Shown piece by piece: positions 18,562 to 28,079 of a stretch of DNA of 64,000 bases. A model generated the notes under the pieces. The model was not told the DNA's origin. It ran no database searches and saw only the letters and a list, made by a program, of their open reading frames with translations. Source of the stretch: Candidatus Tidjanibacter gallistercoris. GTDB taxonomy: Bacteria > Bacteroidota > Bacteroidia > Bacteroidales > Rikenellaceae. A program made the translations under genes and the position numbers. The stretch covers positions 15,297-79,296 of the forward strand of contig DXFY01000075.1 of the NCBI GenBank assembly GCA_019114205.1. The letters run 5' to 3'. The number at the start of each line of letters is the position of its first letter. The stretch's first letter is position 1.

Positions 18562-18813
18562 TCACGCTTCGGGCGTATCCTTCGACCGGGGCGCGCAACT
18601 GCTGCAATCGCCCCCGCACACCGTGTCGCACGTGCCGTCGAGCTCCCGCGTCTCCTGAATGGCGCATTTGATTCCACGGGCACGCATGTGCTCGTTGTCG
18701 CTTATCTCCGACCGAATGTTGTGGCCCTTGAAAATCAGCGTGAGCGACATTCCCACCACGAAGAATGCGACCAGTCCCACGGCTATCAGTATGACTGTAA
18801 GTATCGTCGGCAT
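18562..18813 (-). CDS. Small membrane protein with Cys-rich C-terminus (hypothetical)
   Basis: 83 aa; N-terminal hydrophobic helix, I..N..MR.RGIKCA segment and CDTVCGGDCSSC tail. Confidence 0.65.
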   Translation of the reverse strand: MPTILTVILIAVGLVAFFVVGMSLTLIFKGHNIRSEISDNEHMRARGIKCAIQETRELDGTCDTVCGGDCSSCAPRSKDTPEA

Positions 18814-18934
18814 AATGACTGTTTGTTGAACCCGGATGTAACCGCACCGTAACACAATTATCGGCACGATGTTGTCCAATCCCCGGTAAAGTTATTAATT
18901 TTGTGCGGATATTTGCGGATAAATCGATAATCCG

Positions 18935-20272
18935 ATGAAGATAATCATTGCAGGAGCCGGCGAGGTGGGCAACCACCTGGCCAAGATGCTGAGCGGGGGT
19001 CACCACGACATCACCGTCATCGACGCCGACGCCCGGCTGCTCGACGACGTGGAGGGCATGTCCGACATCGTCACGATAGAGGGCGACTGCACCACGTTCG
19101 CCACGCTCAAAAAGGCATCGGTACGCAAGGCAGACCTGTTCATCGCCGTAAACCACGAGGAGAACATCAATATCATCGCCGCCATCCTCGCCAAGCAGCT
19201 CGGCGCCCGCAAGTCCATCGCCCGCATCGACAACAACGAATATCTTGAGCCCAATAACAAGGAGATGTTCATGAACTTGGGCATCGACTACCTCTTCTAC
19301 CCGGAAAAAGTGGCCGCCCGCGAAGTCATCAACCTGCTCGGCCACACCTCCACCACCGAATACGTGGACTTTTCGGGCGGCAGGCTCGCACTGGTAGTAT
19401 TCCCCATCGACTCCTCGTCCGAGTTCACGGGCAAGACGGTCGGGGAGGTGAACGCCCTGGGCGGTTCGTCGTTCCGGCCCGTGGCAATCAGCCGCGACGA
19501 CAAGACCATCATTCCCCATTCGCGCGACATGTTCTACGACGGCGATACGGTATACATCATCACCAACAACGAAGCCGCCCGGATGGTCATGAACTATTCG
19601 GGGAAAACCAACGTCTCGATTAAGAACCTGATGATACTCGGCGGAAGCCGCATCGGTGTCCGGATAGCCGCCGAACTCCAGGACGAACTCAACGTCAAGC
19701 TCATCGAATACAATCCCGACAAGGCGTACAGGCTCGCCGAAACGCTCGACCGGACGCTGATAATCAACGAGGACGGACGCGATATCGACGCGATGACGGA
19801 AGAGGGCATCACCAACATGGACGCCTTCGTTGCGGTCACGGGGCGTTCGGAGACCAACATCCTGACGGCCATGCTGGCCAAACGAATGGGCGTCAAGAAG
19901 GTCATCGCCGAAGTGGAGAACCTGACCTACATCAACCTGGCCGAAAGCATCGGCATCGACACCATCATCAACAAGAAACAGATAACCGCGAGCCGCATTT
20001 TCCGCTTCACGATGGACACCGACGTGCAGGCCATCAAATGTCTGACCGGCAGCGAGGCGGAAGTGCTGGAGTTCGTCGTCAAGCCCGACGCGCCCATCAC
20101 GAAATCGACGCTGCGCAATGCCGGGTTCCCGGACAACGCCATCATAGGCGGCATCGTGCGGGGCGACAAGGTATTCATCCCGGACGCCGACTTTCGCGTA
20201 AACGCATACGACCGCGCCGTGGTCTTTTCGCTCCCCGGCGCAATACCGAAGATAGGCAAATATTTCAACTGA
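18935..20272 (+). CDS. trkA: Trk system potassium transporter NAD-binding subunit TrkA
   Basis: MKIIIAGAGEVG, two RCK domains, second GGSRIG motif. Confidence 0.95.
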   Translation: MKIIIAGAGEVGNHLAKMLSGGHHDITVIDADARLLDDVEGMSDIVTIEGDCTTFATLKKASVRKADLFIAVNHEENINIIAAILAKQLGARKSIARIDNNEYLEPNNKEMFMNLGIDYLFYPEKVAAREVINLLGHTSTTEYVDFSGGRLALVVFPIDSSSEFTGKTVGEVNALGGSSFRPVAISRDDKTIIPHSRDMFYDGDTVYIITNNEAARMVMNYSGKTNVSIKNLMILGGSRIGVRIAAELQDELNVKLIEYNPDKAYRLAETLDRTLIINEDGRDIDAMTEEGITNMDAFVAVTGRSETNILTAMLAKRMGVKKVIAEVENLTYINLAESIGIDTIINKKQITASRIFRFTMDTDVQAIKCLTGSEAEVLEFVVKPDAPITKSTLRNAGFPDNAIIGGIVRGDKVFIPDADFRVNAYDRAVVFSLPGAIPKIGKYFN

Positions 20273-20327
20273 CGGCAGGACTTCCCGCGGGCATGCCCCG
20301 TACCGTCCGGCTGCTAACCGATACCGC

Positions 20328-21887
20328 ATGGCCGCACTGACAAAGCTCATCAATCTGTATTTCTCCGGCAGGCTCCGGGAAATAGACTATTTCCGCGAAC
20401 ATCCGGCAGAAGTGCAGGAACGGCAGTTCCGCTACCTGCTCGCGGCCGGGGCGCAGACGGAATTCGGACGCGACCTGGGCATGGGCGGTATCGCCACGCA
20501 ACAGCAGTTCCGGGAACGGATACCCGTTTACGACTACGAAACCATCTCCGAATTCATCGACCGGACGCGCCGCGGGGAGCGGCACGTACTCTGGCCGGAG
20601 GAGGCCAAATGGTTCGCCAAGTCTTCCGGCACCACGGGTTCGCGGAGCAAGTACATCCCCGTCACGACGGCCGGACTGCGCCGGTCGCACATGCGCGGCC
20701 CGAAAGACATCATGGCGCTCTACTGCCACCGCTATCCGGACACGCGCGTGGTGGAGGGCAAGATGCTGACGCTGGGCGGCTCGAAACGCATCGAACGCGA
20801 AGGCGACCGCATGATGTCGGGCGACCTGTCGGCCATCCTGATAGAGAATACTCCGGCCATCGCCGACATCCTCCGCATCCCCGACAAGAAGACGGCGCTC
20901 ATTCCCGATTTCGACGAAAAAGTCCGGCTCATCTCGGAACAGTCGGCCCGCCGGGACGTGCGGTCGTTCACCGGCGTACCTTCGTGGAACCTCGTCATGC
21001 TCAACCGGGTGCTGGAATATACGGGCAAGGACAACATCCTGGAGATTTGGCCGCACATGGAACTTTTCGTCCACGGGGGCATGGACTTCCGCCCCTACCA
21101 GGCGCAGTACCGTAAAATCATCCCCTCGCCCGACATGCGTTACATGGAAACCTACAACGCATCGGAAGGGTTCTTCGCCATCGCCGAGGAACCGGGCCGG
21201 CAGGACATGCTGCTGATGCTCGACTACGGCACCTATTACGAATTTCTGCCCACCGACCGGCTCGGCGACCCGACCGCCGCCGTACCGCTCGAAGGGGTGA
21301 AGACGGGCGTGAACTACGCCATGATAATCACGACCTGCAACGGACTGTGGCGCTACATGATTGGCGACACCGTACAGTTCGTCTCCACCGCGCCCTACAC
21401 GATAAGGATTACGGGACGCACGAAACACTACATCAACGCCTTCGGCGAAGAAATCGTGATAGACAACGCGGAAGCTGCCATGCACGAGGCCTGCACGGCG
21501 ACCGGGGCCGAAGTGGCGGAATATACCGTCGCGCCGGTATATATGGAAGGCCGCAGCAAGGGGGCCCACGAATGGGTGGTCGAGTTCCGCACTCCGCCGG
21601 CCAGCCTGCGGGAGTTCACCCGCGCGGTGGACGAAGGGCTCAGACGGGTAAATTCCGACTACGATGCCAAGCGGTACCGGGACACCACCCTGACCGAACC
21701 CAAGATTACCGTCGTTCCGACCGGCACGTTCGAGGGGTGGATGCGGGCGCACGGCAAGGTCGGGGGGCAGAACAAAGTCCCGCGACTTTACAACGACCGC
21801 ACGTACGCCGACGAACTGATACGCACCGCGGAGCCCGAAACGGAGCCGTCGCTCCGCACGGGAAACGGAGGCAGGGCGAGCGCCTGA
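20328..21887 (+). CDS. GH3 auxin-responsive promoter family protein (ANL-type acyl-amido ligase homologue)
   Basis: AKSSGTTG.RSKYIP, ETYNASEGFF, RY.IGDTV, GRTK and GGQNKVPRL. Confidence 0.9.
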   Translation: MAALTKLINLYFSGRLREIDYFREHPAEVQERQFRYLLAAGAQTEFGRDLGMGGIATQQQFRERIPVYDYETISEFIDRTRRGERHVLWPEEAKWFAKSSGTTGSRSKYIPVTTAGLRRSHMRGPKDIMALYCHRYPDTRVVEGKMLTLGGSKRIEREGDRMMSGDLSAILIENTPAIADILRIPDKKTALIPDFDEKVRLISEQSARRDVRSFTGVPSWNLVMLNRVLEYTGKDNILEIWPHMELFVHGGMDFRPYQAQYRKIIPSPDMRYMETYNASEGFFAIAEEPGRQDMLLMLDYGTYYEFLPTDRLGDPTAAVPLEGVKTGVNYAMIITTCNGLWRYMIGDTVQFVSTAPYTIRITGRTKHYINAFGEEIVIDNAEAAMHEACTATGAEVAEYTVAPVYMEGRSKGAHEWVVEFRTPPASLREFTRAVDEGLRRVNSDYDAKRYRDTTLTEPKITVVPTGTFEGWMRAHGKVGGQNKVPRLYNDRTYADELIRTAEPETEPSLRTGNGGRASA

Positions 21888-21925
21888 GGCAGGGATACCC
21901 GCAACCGTAAAAACATTCCAAGACC

Positions 21926-22549
21926 ATGTACATAGCCATATCCGGAAATATCGGCAGCGGCAAGACTTCGCTGACGGAACTGCTCTCCGAAAGGCTCGGC
22001 GGCACGGCGCTGTTCGAGGATACCGCCAACCCCTACATCGCCGATTTCTACGAAGACATGAACCGCTGGGCGTTCAACTTCCAAATCTATTTTCTCGGAT
22101 GCCGCATGAAACAGGGGCTGCGTATCCGGGAGACCGCGGGTTACGTCATCCAAGACCGTACCATCTACGAAGACGCGCACATCTTCGCGGGCAACCTGCA
22201 CGAAATGGGGCTGATGTCCTCGCGCGACTTCGACACGTACATGAAAATCTTCAATCTTTCGACCAACCTCATTCCCACTCCCGACCTGCTCATCTACCTG
22301 CGCGGGAGTGTCCCCACGCTCGTCAGCCAGATACTGAAACGGGGCCGCAGCTACGAAATGGGCATCGACCTCGACTATCTCGAACGACTCAACAACCGCT
22401 ACAACGACTGGATAGACCGCATCTACCGCGGCCGGGTGCTGACCGTAGACATCGACAACGAGGATTTCATTCTCAACCCGGCCATCGTGGACGACATCGT
22501 GCAGCGGATAAAGGAAGCCGAAGCATCAGCGGCCCACCCTGCACGATAG
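21926..22549 (+). CDS. Deoxynucleoside kinase
   Basis: ISGNIGSGKTS P-loop, QIYFL, DRTIYED and I.KRGR.YE. Confidence 0.92.
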   Translation: MYIAISGNIGSGKTSLTELLSERLGGTALFEDTANPYIADFYEDMNRWAFNFQIYFLGCRMKQGLRIRETAGYVIQDRTIYEDAHIFAGNLHEMGLMSSRDFDTYMKIFNLSTNLIPTPDLLIYLRGSVPTLVSQILKRGRSYEMGIDLDYLERLNNRYNDWIDRIYRGRVLTVDIDNEDFILNPAIVDDIVQRIKEAEASAAHPAR

Positions 22550-22814
22550 AGGGCGGAATACCTCCTCGCTCCGGAGAGGGGCGCACCGCAACGGCAAAGC
22601 CTCGGCAACGGCGCTCCGGCATCCGGACACTTCCTTCCCCGAAGAACCGCCGGGAAATATTCAATAAAGTCTGCGGCAGGACGATATAATTTGCCTACCT
22701 TTATCATTCGATAACGATGCCGGAAGGTTTCGGCCGGCCGCCTCGCGGCCCCCTGCCGGAAACGTATCCGACATGCCTTTATCCCGAAAACCGAACGTAA
22801 CACCGCAGAACGCC

Positions 22815-24164
22815 ATGAAAACAATGCTTACGCTGGCCGCGGCACTGACTCTCGCATACGGAAGCACGGCCGCCCCGAACACAACCCCCGCCTCCGACGA
22901 CACCGAAACCATCGTCCGTACCGCCAAACCCCGCAAAATAAAAGGCAACGCGCAGCCGGTTACTCAAGACCGCGGTAAGGTCGGCGCGTACAGTGCCCTG
23001 TATGTCTCCGACGGTATCGAGGCCGTCGTTTCCGCAACGGCTTCCACGCTGGTCGTAACGGCCGACGAAAACATCATCGACCGCGTCGTCGCCCGTTCCG
23101 ACGGCAAGCGCCTGATGCTGCGCATCGATGCACGCAATATAAAGAATCGTCCGGTACGCGCCGTCATACCGGCCTCCGCAGTACTCCGGACACTCGAAGC
23201 CGAAGGCGCGAGCACCGTACGCTGCGAAGTGCCGCTCGGTAACGGGCCGGTGACGGTACGCGCTTCCGAAGGGAGCCGGATTGCCGCCGACATCCGAACG
23301 GGGGACGACATCCGGATGCACGTATCCGAATGCAGCCGGTTCGAAGGAACCCTGAAGGGCGATAACTGCCAAATTACGGTAACGGAAGGCTCGCGGACCG
23401 ACACCCGTATCGAGGCGTCCGGCAACTGCCGCCTCGTCGTCTCTTCCTCCAGCCGGGCGAACGGTTCGGTAGAAGCGCTCTGCTGCGCCCTGTCGCTGAC
23501 AGAAGGTTCCGTCGCCGACATGCCGGTAACGAGCACCGGCGAAAGTACGCTTGTCATATCCTCGTCGAGCCGGTTCAACGGGGCTCTGAAGAGCAACAAC
23601 TGCAAAATATCGGTAACGGAAGGCTCGGTATTGGAGGCCCCGCTCACCTGCGAAGTACACGGGGAAATAACCCTCGACGCTTCGGGCCACTTCGCAGGCG
23701 ATACGTCCGCCGGCAACTCGCTCCACATAAAGGCAGCGAACGGCTCGGTCATGCAGGGCAATGCCGATGCCGACGTAGTCCTCGTACACGCGACGGCATC
23801 GAGCCATTACGCCGGCAGCATCTCGGCTGCGGGACAGGCCGAGCTGAAAAGCACCGACGGCAGCATCATAGCGGGTGCTTTCGCGGGCGGGCACATTTAT
23901 GCCGTATCCACCGCGTCATCCCGCATCGCCCTGACCGGCGATACTCCCGTACCCTCGGCCGTCATCGAAGTCTCCTCCGGCAGTCGGTTCAACGCACCCG
24001 ACCTGCCCATACGGAACTGTTCCGTAACGGCAAAGTCGTCGGGACACGCCGCAGTCCGTTGCACCGACGAACTGCTGGCGACCACCTCGTCGGGCGGCGC
24101 GGTCTCCTACGAGGGCGACTGCCGTGTGACGACGAACAACCCCTATGTCCGCAAAGTGGACTGA
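22815..24164 (+). CDS. DUF2807 / GIN-domain beta-helix protein, expanded repeat number
   Basis: Signal peptide, VSDGIE..V..DENII..V N-terminal motif, many 19-20 aa beta-rungs, and A.SSG..Y.G C-terminus. Confidence 0.7.
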   Translation: MKTMLTLAAALTLAYGSTAAPNTTPASDDTETIVRTAKPRKIKGNAQPVTQDRGKVGAYSALYVSDGIEAVVSATASTLVVTADENIIDRVVARSDGKRLMLRIDARNIKNRPVRAVIPASAVLRTLEAEGASTVRCEVPLGNGPVTVRASEGSRIAADIRTGDDIRMHVSECSRFEGTLKGDNCQITVTEGSRTDTRIEASGNCRLVVSSSSRANGSVEALCCALSLTEGSVADMPVTSTGESTLVISSSSRFNGALKSNNCKISVTEGSVLEAPLTCEVHGEITLDASGHFAGDTSAGNSLHIKAANGSVMQGNADADVVLVHATASSHYAGSISAAGQAELKSTDGSIIAGAFAGGHIYAVSTASSRIALTGDTPVPSAVIEVSSGSRFNAPDLPIRNCSVTAKSSGHAAVRCTDELLATTSSGGAVSYEGDCRVTTNNPYVRKVD

Positions 24165-24274
24165 TACATACCCCCTGCCCGTACTCCCGGACACACCGGA
24201 TATACCGAACACATGAGACCGTACCGCCGGTCGTTTCCCCTGCCGGCGGCACCGCATACGACGATTATCGACCC

Positions 24275-25636
24275 ATGACGAACGTTTCACTTCCCGAAGA
24301 ATTCATCCGCACCATACGTCGGGACATCCCGAACGATGCCGACACCCTGCTCGGCGCACTGGACGGGACGCCGCCGGTTTCGGTGCGCTGGAACCCTTAC
24401 AAAACGTCGGCGCCCCCGGCCGGAGCAGCGGTTCCGTGGAACCGTTACGGGCGCTACCTCCCCGGCCGGCCGTCGTTCACGACCGACCCGCTGTTCCATG
24501 CCGGCGCCTACTACGTGCAGGAGGCATCCTCCATGTTCGTCGAGCACCTCGTGCGCACCGCGGCCGCCCCCGAAGGCGCACGCATCCTCGACCTTTGCGC
24601 CGCACCGGGCGGCAAGGCCACGCTCTATGCCGCCCTCGCGGGCGGAGAGGGCATCGTCATAGCCAACGAAGTCGTCCGCAGCCGGGCCCTGACGCTCGCC
24701 GACAACATCCGCAAGTGGGGCATCGGCAATACGGCCGTCACCAACAACGACCCGTCGCATCTGGCCGGCCTTGCCGAATGGTTCGACATCGTGGCCATAG
24801 ACGCTCCCTGCTCCGGAGAAGGCATGTTCCGCAAGAATCCCGAAGCACGCGAAGCGTGGAGCGAGGCCGGCGTACGGCTGTGCGCAGCCCGCCAGCGCCG
24901 CATCGTATCCGACGCATGGGAAGCGCTGCGCCCCGGCGGACTCCTCATTTACAGCACCTGTACCTTCAACAGGCAGGAGAACGAGGAAAACGTGGCGTGG
25001 ATAGCGGACACCCTCGGCGGCGGGGATGCCGGCGCGACCGTACCGTCCGAATGGGGCATCGAAGAGACCGAAGCGGGCGGAATACGCTGTTTCCGTTTCT
25101 GGCCCCACCGCGTCGCGGGTGAAGGGTTCTTCGCCGCCGCCATCCGCAAGGGAGGGCAACGAGGACGCCCCGTGCGCCCCAAACCCCGCAAGGCGCTGCT
25201 GACCGATGCGACCCGCACCGAGACGGCTGCCCTCTCCCGCTGGACGGGACAGCCCGAACTGATGCATTTCGCCCGCATAGGCGACAGCCTGTACGGATAC
25301 TATGCCGCGCCGTATGCCGCCATCCGGAGTGCGGCCGAACACCTCAACACGCTCCATTCGGGCATCTGCATGGGACAGTTGTACGGAGGGAAACTGAAAC
25401 CCGACCACTCGCTGGCCATGTTCCACGACCTGTCCCGCAATGCGGCGGCCGAAACCCCGCTGTCGTACGACGATGCGTTACGGTACCTGCGCCGGGAAGA
25501 GTTGGGGCCCGACGCACGGCTCGACGAAGGAATGAACCTGCTCACGTTCGACGGACATGCGCTCGGCTGGGCCAAGCGCATCGGCAGCCGCACCAACAAC
25601 CTGTACCCGAAATCCCTGATGATTCTGAACAAGTAA
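24275..25636 (+). CDS. RsmB/NOP family rRNA (cytosine-C5)-methyltransferase (RsmF-like)
   Basis: YYVQEASSM, LDLCAAPGGK, DAPCSGEGMFRK, YSTCTFN.QENE and NNLYPK. Confidence 0.9.
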   Translation: MTNVSLPEEFIRTIRRDIPNDADTLLGALDGTPPVSVRWNPYKTSAPPAGAAVPWNRYGRYLPGRPSFTTDPLFHAGAYYVQEASSMFVEHLVRTAAAPEGARILDLCAAPGGKATLYAALAGGEGIVIANEVVRSRALTLADNIRKWGIGNTAVTNNDPSHLAGLAEWFDIVAIDAPCSGEGMFRKNPEAREAWSEAGVRLCAARQRRIVSDAWEALRPGGLLIYSTCTFNRQENEENVAWIADTLGGGDAGATVPSEWGIEETEAGGIRCFRFWPHRVAGEGFFAAAIRKGGQRGRPVRPKPRKALLTDATRTETAALSRWTGQPELMHFARIGDSLYGYYAAPYAAIRSAAEHLNTLHSGICMGQLYGGKLKPDHSLAMFHDLSRNAAAETPLSYDDALRYLRREELGPDARLDEGMNLLTFDGHALGWAKRIGSRTNNLYPKSLMILNK

Positions 25637-25770
25637 AGTTCCCTGCCGACGGACGCACCTTTCGGAACGCATCGGATGCACCCGTCCGGCAAAGGGGGAT
25701 GCTGCCCTGCGGCACGCTCCCGCGCATTCCTACGTACCAGTCCAGACTTCCCCTATTGAGGCAACCAGGC

Positions 25771-26021
25771 CGCCCGCATACCTCCTCTGGCGCTGGCGCT
25801 GCCCGGCAATGAAACGGACGCGCACGAACGTACCGCTGCGTACAGACATCGAAAGGCAAGAACGGTAAAACCACGGCGCACGCATCCCTCCGCCGGCGCT
25901 GTACGCGGCACTGAAACGGACGCACACGAACGTACCGCTGCGTACAGACATCGAAAGGCAAGAACGGCACCTACGGCGCCCGCATCCCTCCGCCGGCGCT
26001 GTACGCAGCACCGAAACGGAC
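25771..26021 (+). repeat. Tandem repeat with a unit of about 100-105 bp, about 2.4 copies, intergenic
   Basis: The block tgaaacggacgc(g/a)cacgaacgtaccgctgcgtacagacatcgaaaggcaagaacgg starts at 25810 and again at 25912; cgcatccctccgccggcgctgtacgc(g/a)gcac is also repeated. Confidence 0.9.
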
Positions 26022-26203
26022 ATATGCGCACTCATACCCGACCGACGGCATGTGCAACGAAAAGAACCGGGGCCGGGAACAACCCGCTCCCCGGCCGAAA
26101 GAAAAACGGGCTGCGCGAATCCGAAGGGCCCGGCCGCAGACGGACGGGCGCTGCCTCCCAATAGAGAGCAGCACCGCATACGCAGCCTGCCGTACCGGCA
26201 CGC

Positions 26204-27328
26204 TCACATCTTTTCCGTCAGTTTCCGGACGATTTTGAAATGGTTGAAGAACTCCTTGCCGATGACGCGCAGCACGGTATAACCGGGTATGGCGAGCAGC
26301 ATCCCGACCACACCGGCGAAATGTCCTGCCATGAGGATTACGATGAAGATTTCCAACGGATGCGCGTTCACGCTGTTGGAATAGAGCAGCGGCTGGAGCA
26401 CGAAATTGTCAATCATCTGGGCCGCAAGTATCGTGATGGCCAGCGAAAAGAAGATGAACGTCATCGTCGTTCCGCCGCCGACGAACGCCATTCCTACCAG
26501 CAGGCTTATTCCGAACCCAATCCACGGCCCCACGTAAGGTATCACGTTCAGCACCCCGACGATAAGTCCGATGAAAAAGGCGTTCTGCGGCATGTAACCG
26601 CAGCAAATCAGCGAGACGGATACCAGCAGCATCATGATGGTGGACTCGGCGAGAATGCCGATGAAGTAGCGCGACAGCAGCGAAGATACCGAACCGAGCG
26701 CATGCTTCACGTTTCCCTCGTACCGGGTAGGCGTAACCGCGAGGATAATCCGCAGAAACAGGTTGTCGTCCTTGAGAAAGAAGAAGGTAATGAACGTGAC
26801 CGAAAACAGGGCGATGACCGTATTCGCTACGCCGGAGACGATGGAACCGAGGAAATTCTGCAGCTTTTCGGGGTTGAAGAGCCGTTCGACCTGCGCCCCG
26901 ATTGCATCGGAAATGGAAATGGTGGAAACGTTCAGCGAGAAGTACTCGTCGAGGAAATTTTGCAGTCTGCGCAGCGGTTCGTCGAACGAACCGAGTACGT
27001 TGGAGAAATCGACCGAAGCGAGTGCTGTCAGCTTGTCGAAGATGAGCGGAATGAAGATGGCGAACATGGCGACGCCGACACCCCACAGGACGAGCAGTAC
27101 GACGAGAGCCGCCAACCATCCCGGCAGGGAACGCCCCTTCACGCGCACCTTCCGCATCAGTTTCACCAGCGGGGCGCCGATAATGGCCAGCACCGCCGAA
27201 GCGACGATATACCCCACGATGTCGCGGAAATACCACATCAGCAGCAACCCAGCCACGGTAGCGAGCACCCCGACGACATATCTCGTCGCATGCACCGCCT
27301 GCCTGCCGTCGTTTTCCGCTCCTTCCAT
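26204..27328 (-). CDS. AI-2E family transporter (PerM/YhhT-like)
   Basis: Multiple TM helices; FFFLKD, LNVIPYVGP, QMIDNFVLQP.LY..SV..HPL and GMLLAIP. Confidence 0.9.
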   Translation of the reverse strand: MEGAENDGRQAVHATRYVVGVLATVAGLLLMWYFRDIVGYIVASAVLAIIGAPLVKLMRKVRVKGRSLPGWLAALVVLLVLWGVGVAMFAIFIPLIFDKLTALASVDFSNVLGSFDEPLRRLQNFLDEYFSLNVSTISISDAIGAQVERLFNPEKLQNFLGSIVSGVANTVIALFSVTFITFFFLKDDNLFLRIILAVTPTRYEGNVKHALGSVSSLLSRYFIGILAESTIMMLLVSVSLICCGYMPQNAFFIGLIVGVLNVIPYVGPWIGFGISLLVGMAFVGGGTTMTFIFFSLAITILAAQMIDNFVLQPLLYSNSVNAHPLEIFIVILMAGHFAGVVGMLLAIPGYTVLRVIGKEFFNHFKIVRKLTEKM

Positions 27329-27336
27329 CGCTGCCG

Positions 27337-28008
27337 TTATCTTTTCAACCTCGCCAGCGGCGTCTGCCCGCCGCGCACCCTGTCGCCCAGACCGACGAGC
27401 ACCTCGCAGTCCAGCGGCAGGAAGATATCGATTCTCGAACCGAACTTGATGAACCCGTACTTGGCTTGCTGCTCGGCCGTATCCCCCACTTTCGCGTAGT
27501 TCACGATACGTCGGGCCACCAACCCGGCTATCTGACGGAACAGGATTTGTTCACGGCCCGTATCCACCACGGTCGTGGTCCGCTCGTTCTCTTCCGAGGA
27601 CTTCGGGTGCCACGCCACAAAGAAACGCCCCGGATGGTCGTTGCGGTAAACGATGCGCCCCCCTACGGGGTACCAGTTCGCGTGGACGTCGGTCAGGGAC
27701 ATGAAGACGGAAAGCTGCAGGCAGCGCTTTTTCAGATACTCGCCCTCGTACACCTCCTCGATGACGACGACCTTACCGTCTGCACTGGAAAAGACCGTAT
27801 CCGCATCGGCGCGACACTTCCTCCGCGTAGGTTCCCGGAAAAAGAGCGCCACGCATACGCACAGTCCGAAGAGCAGTACCGCCGCCAGCCAGAAGAGCCA
27901 TACGGGCATTCCGGCATGCTTCACGGCAAAAGCCATGCCTGCCGCTGCGACCGCAAAGACCGCAAACGTACTCAATACGATGGAATATCCCTCCCTGGCA
28001 AGTTTCAT
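27337..28008 (-). CDS. psd: Phosphatidylserine decarboxylase proenzyme
   Basis: FFREP.R, SSADGKV, VFMS..DVH.NW.PV.G, ENER and GFIKFGSRID cleavage motif. Confidence 0.95.
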   Translation of the reverse strand: MKLAREGYSIVLSTFAVFAVAAAGMAFAVKHAGMPVWLFWLAAVLLFGLCVCVALFFREPTRRKCRADADTVFSSADGKVVVIEEVYEGEYLKKRCLQLSVFMSLTDVHANWYPVGGRIVYRNDHPGRFFVAWHPKSSEENERTTTVVDTGREQILFRQIAGLVARRIVNYAKVGDTAEQQAKYGFIKFGSRIDIFLPLDCEVLVGLGDRVRGGQTPLARLKR

Positions 28009-28079
28009 TATCGAGGATTTCGTTTATACTTCCGCCGGTATCGCCGCTCCTGCGCAGCCCGTTTTCCGACAGGCAGCCA

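Noticed and set aside
25771-26021. Possible CRISPR array
   Set aside because: Whole units of about 100 bp are near-identical with no unique spacers, there are only about 2.4 copies, and no cas genes are in the window.
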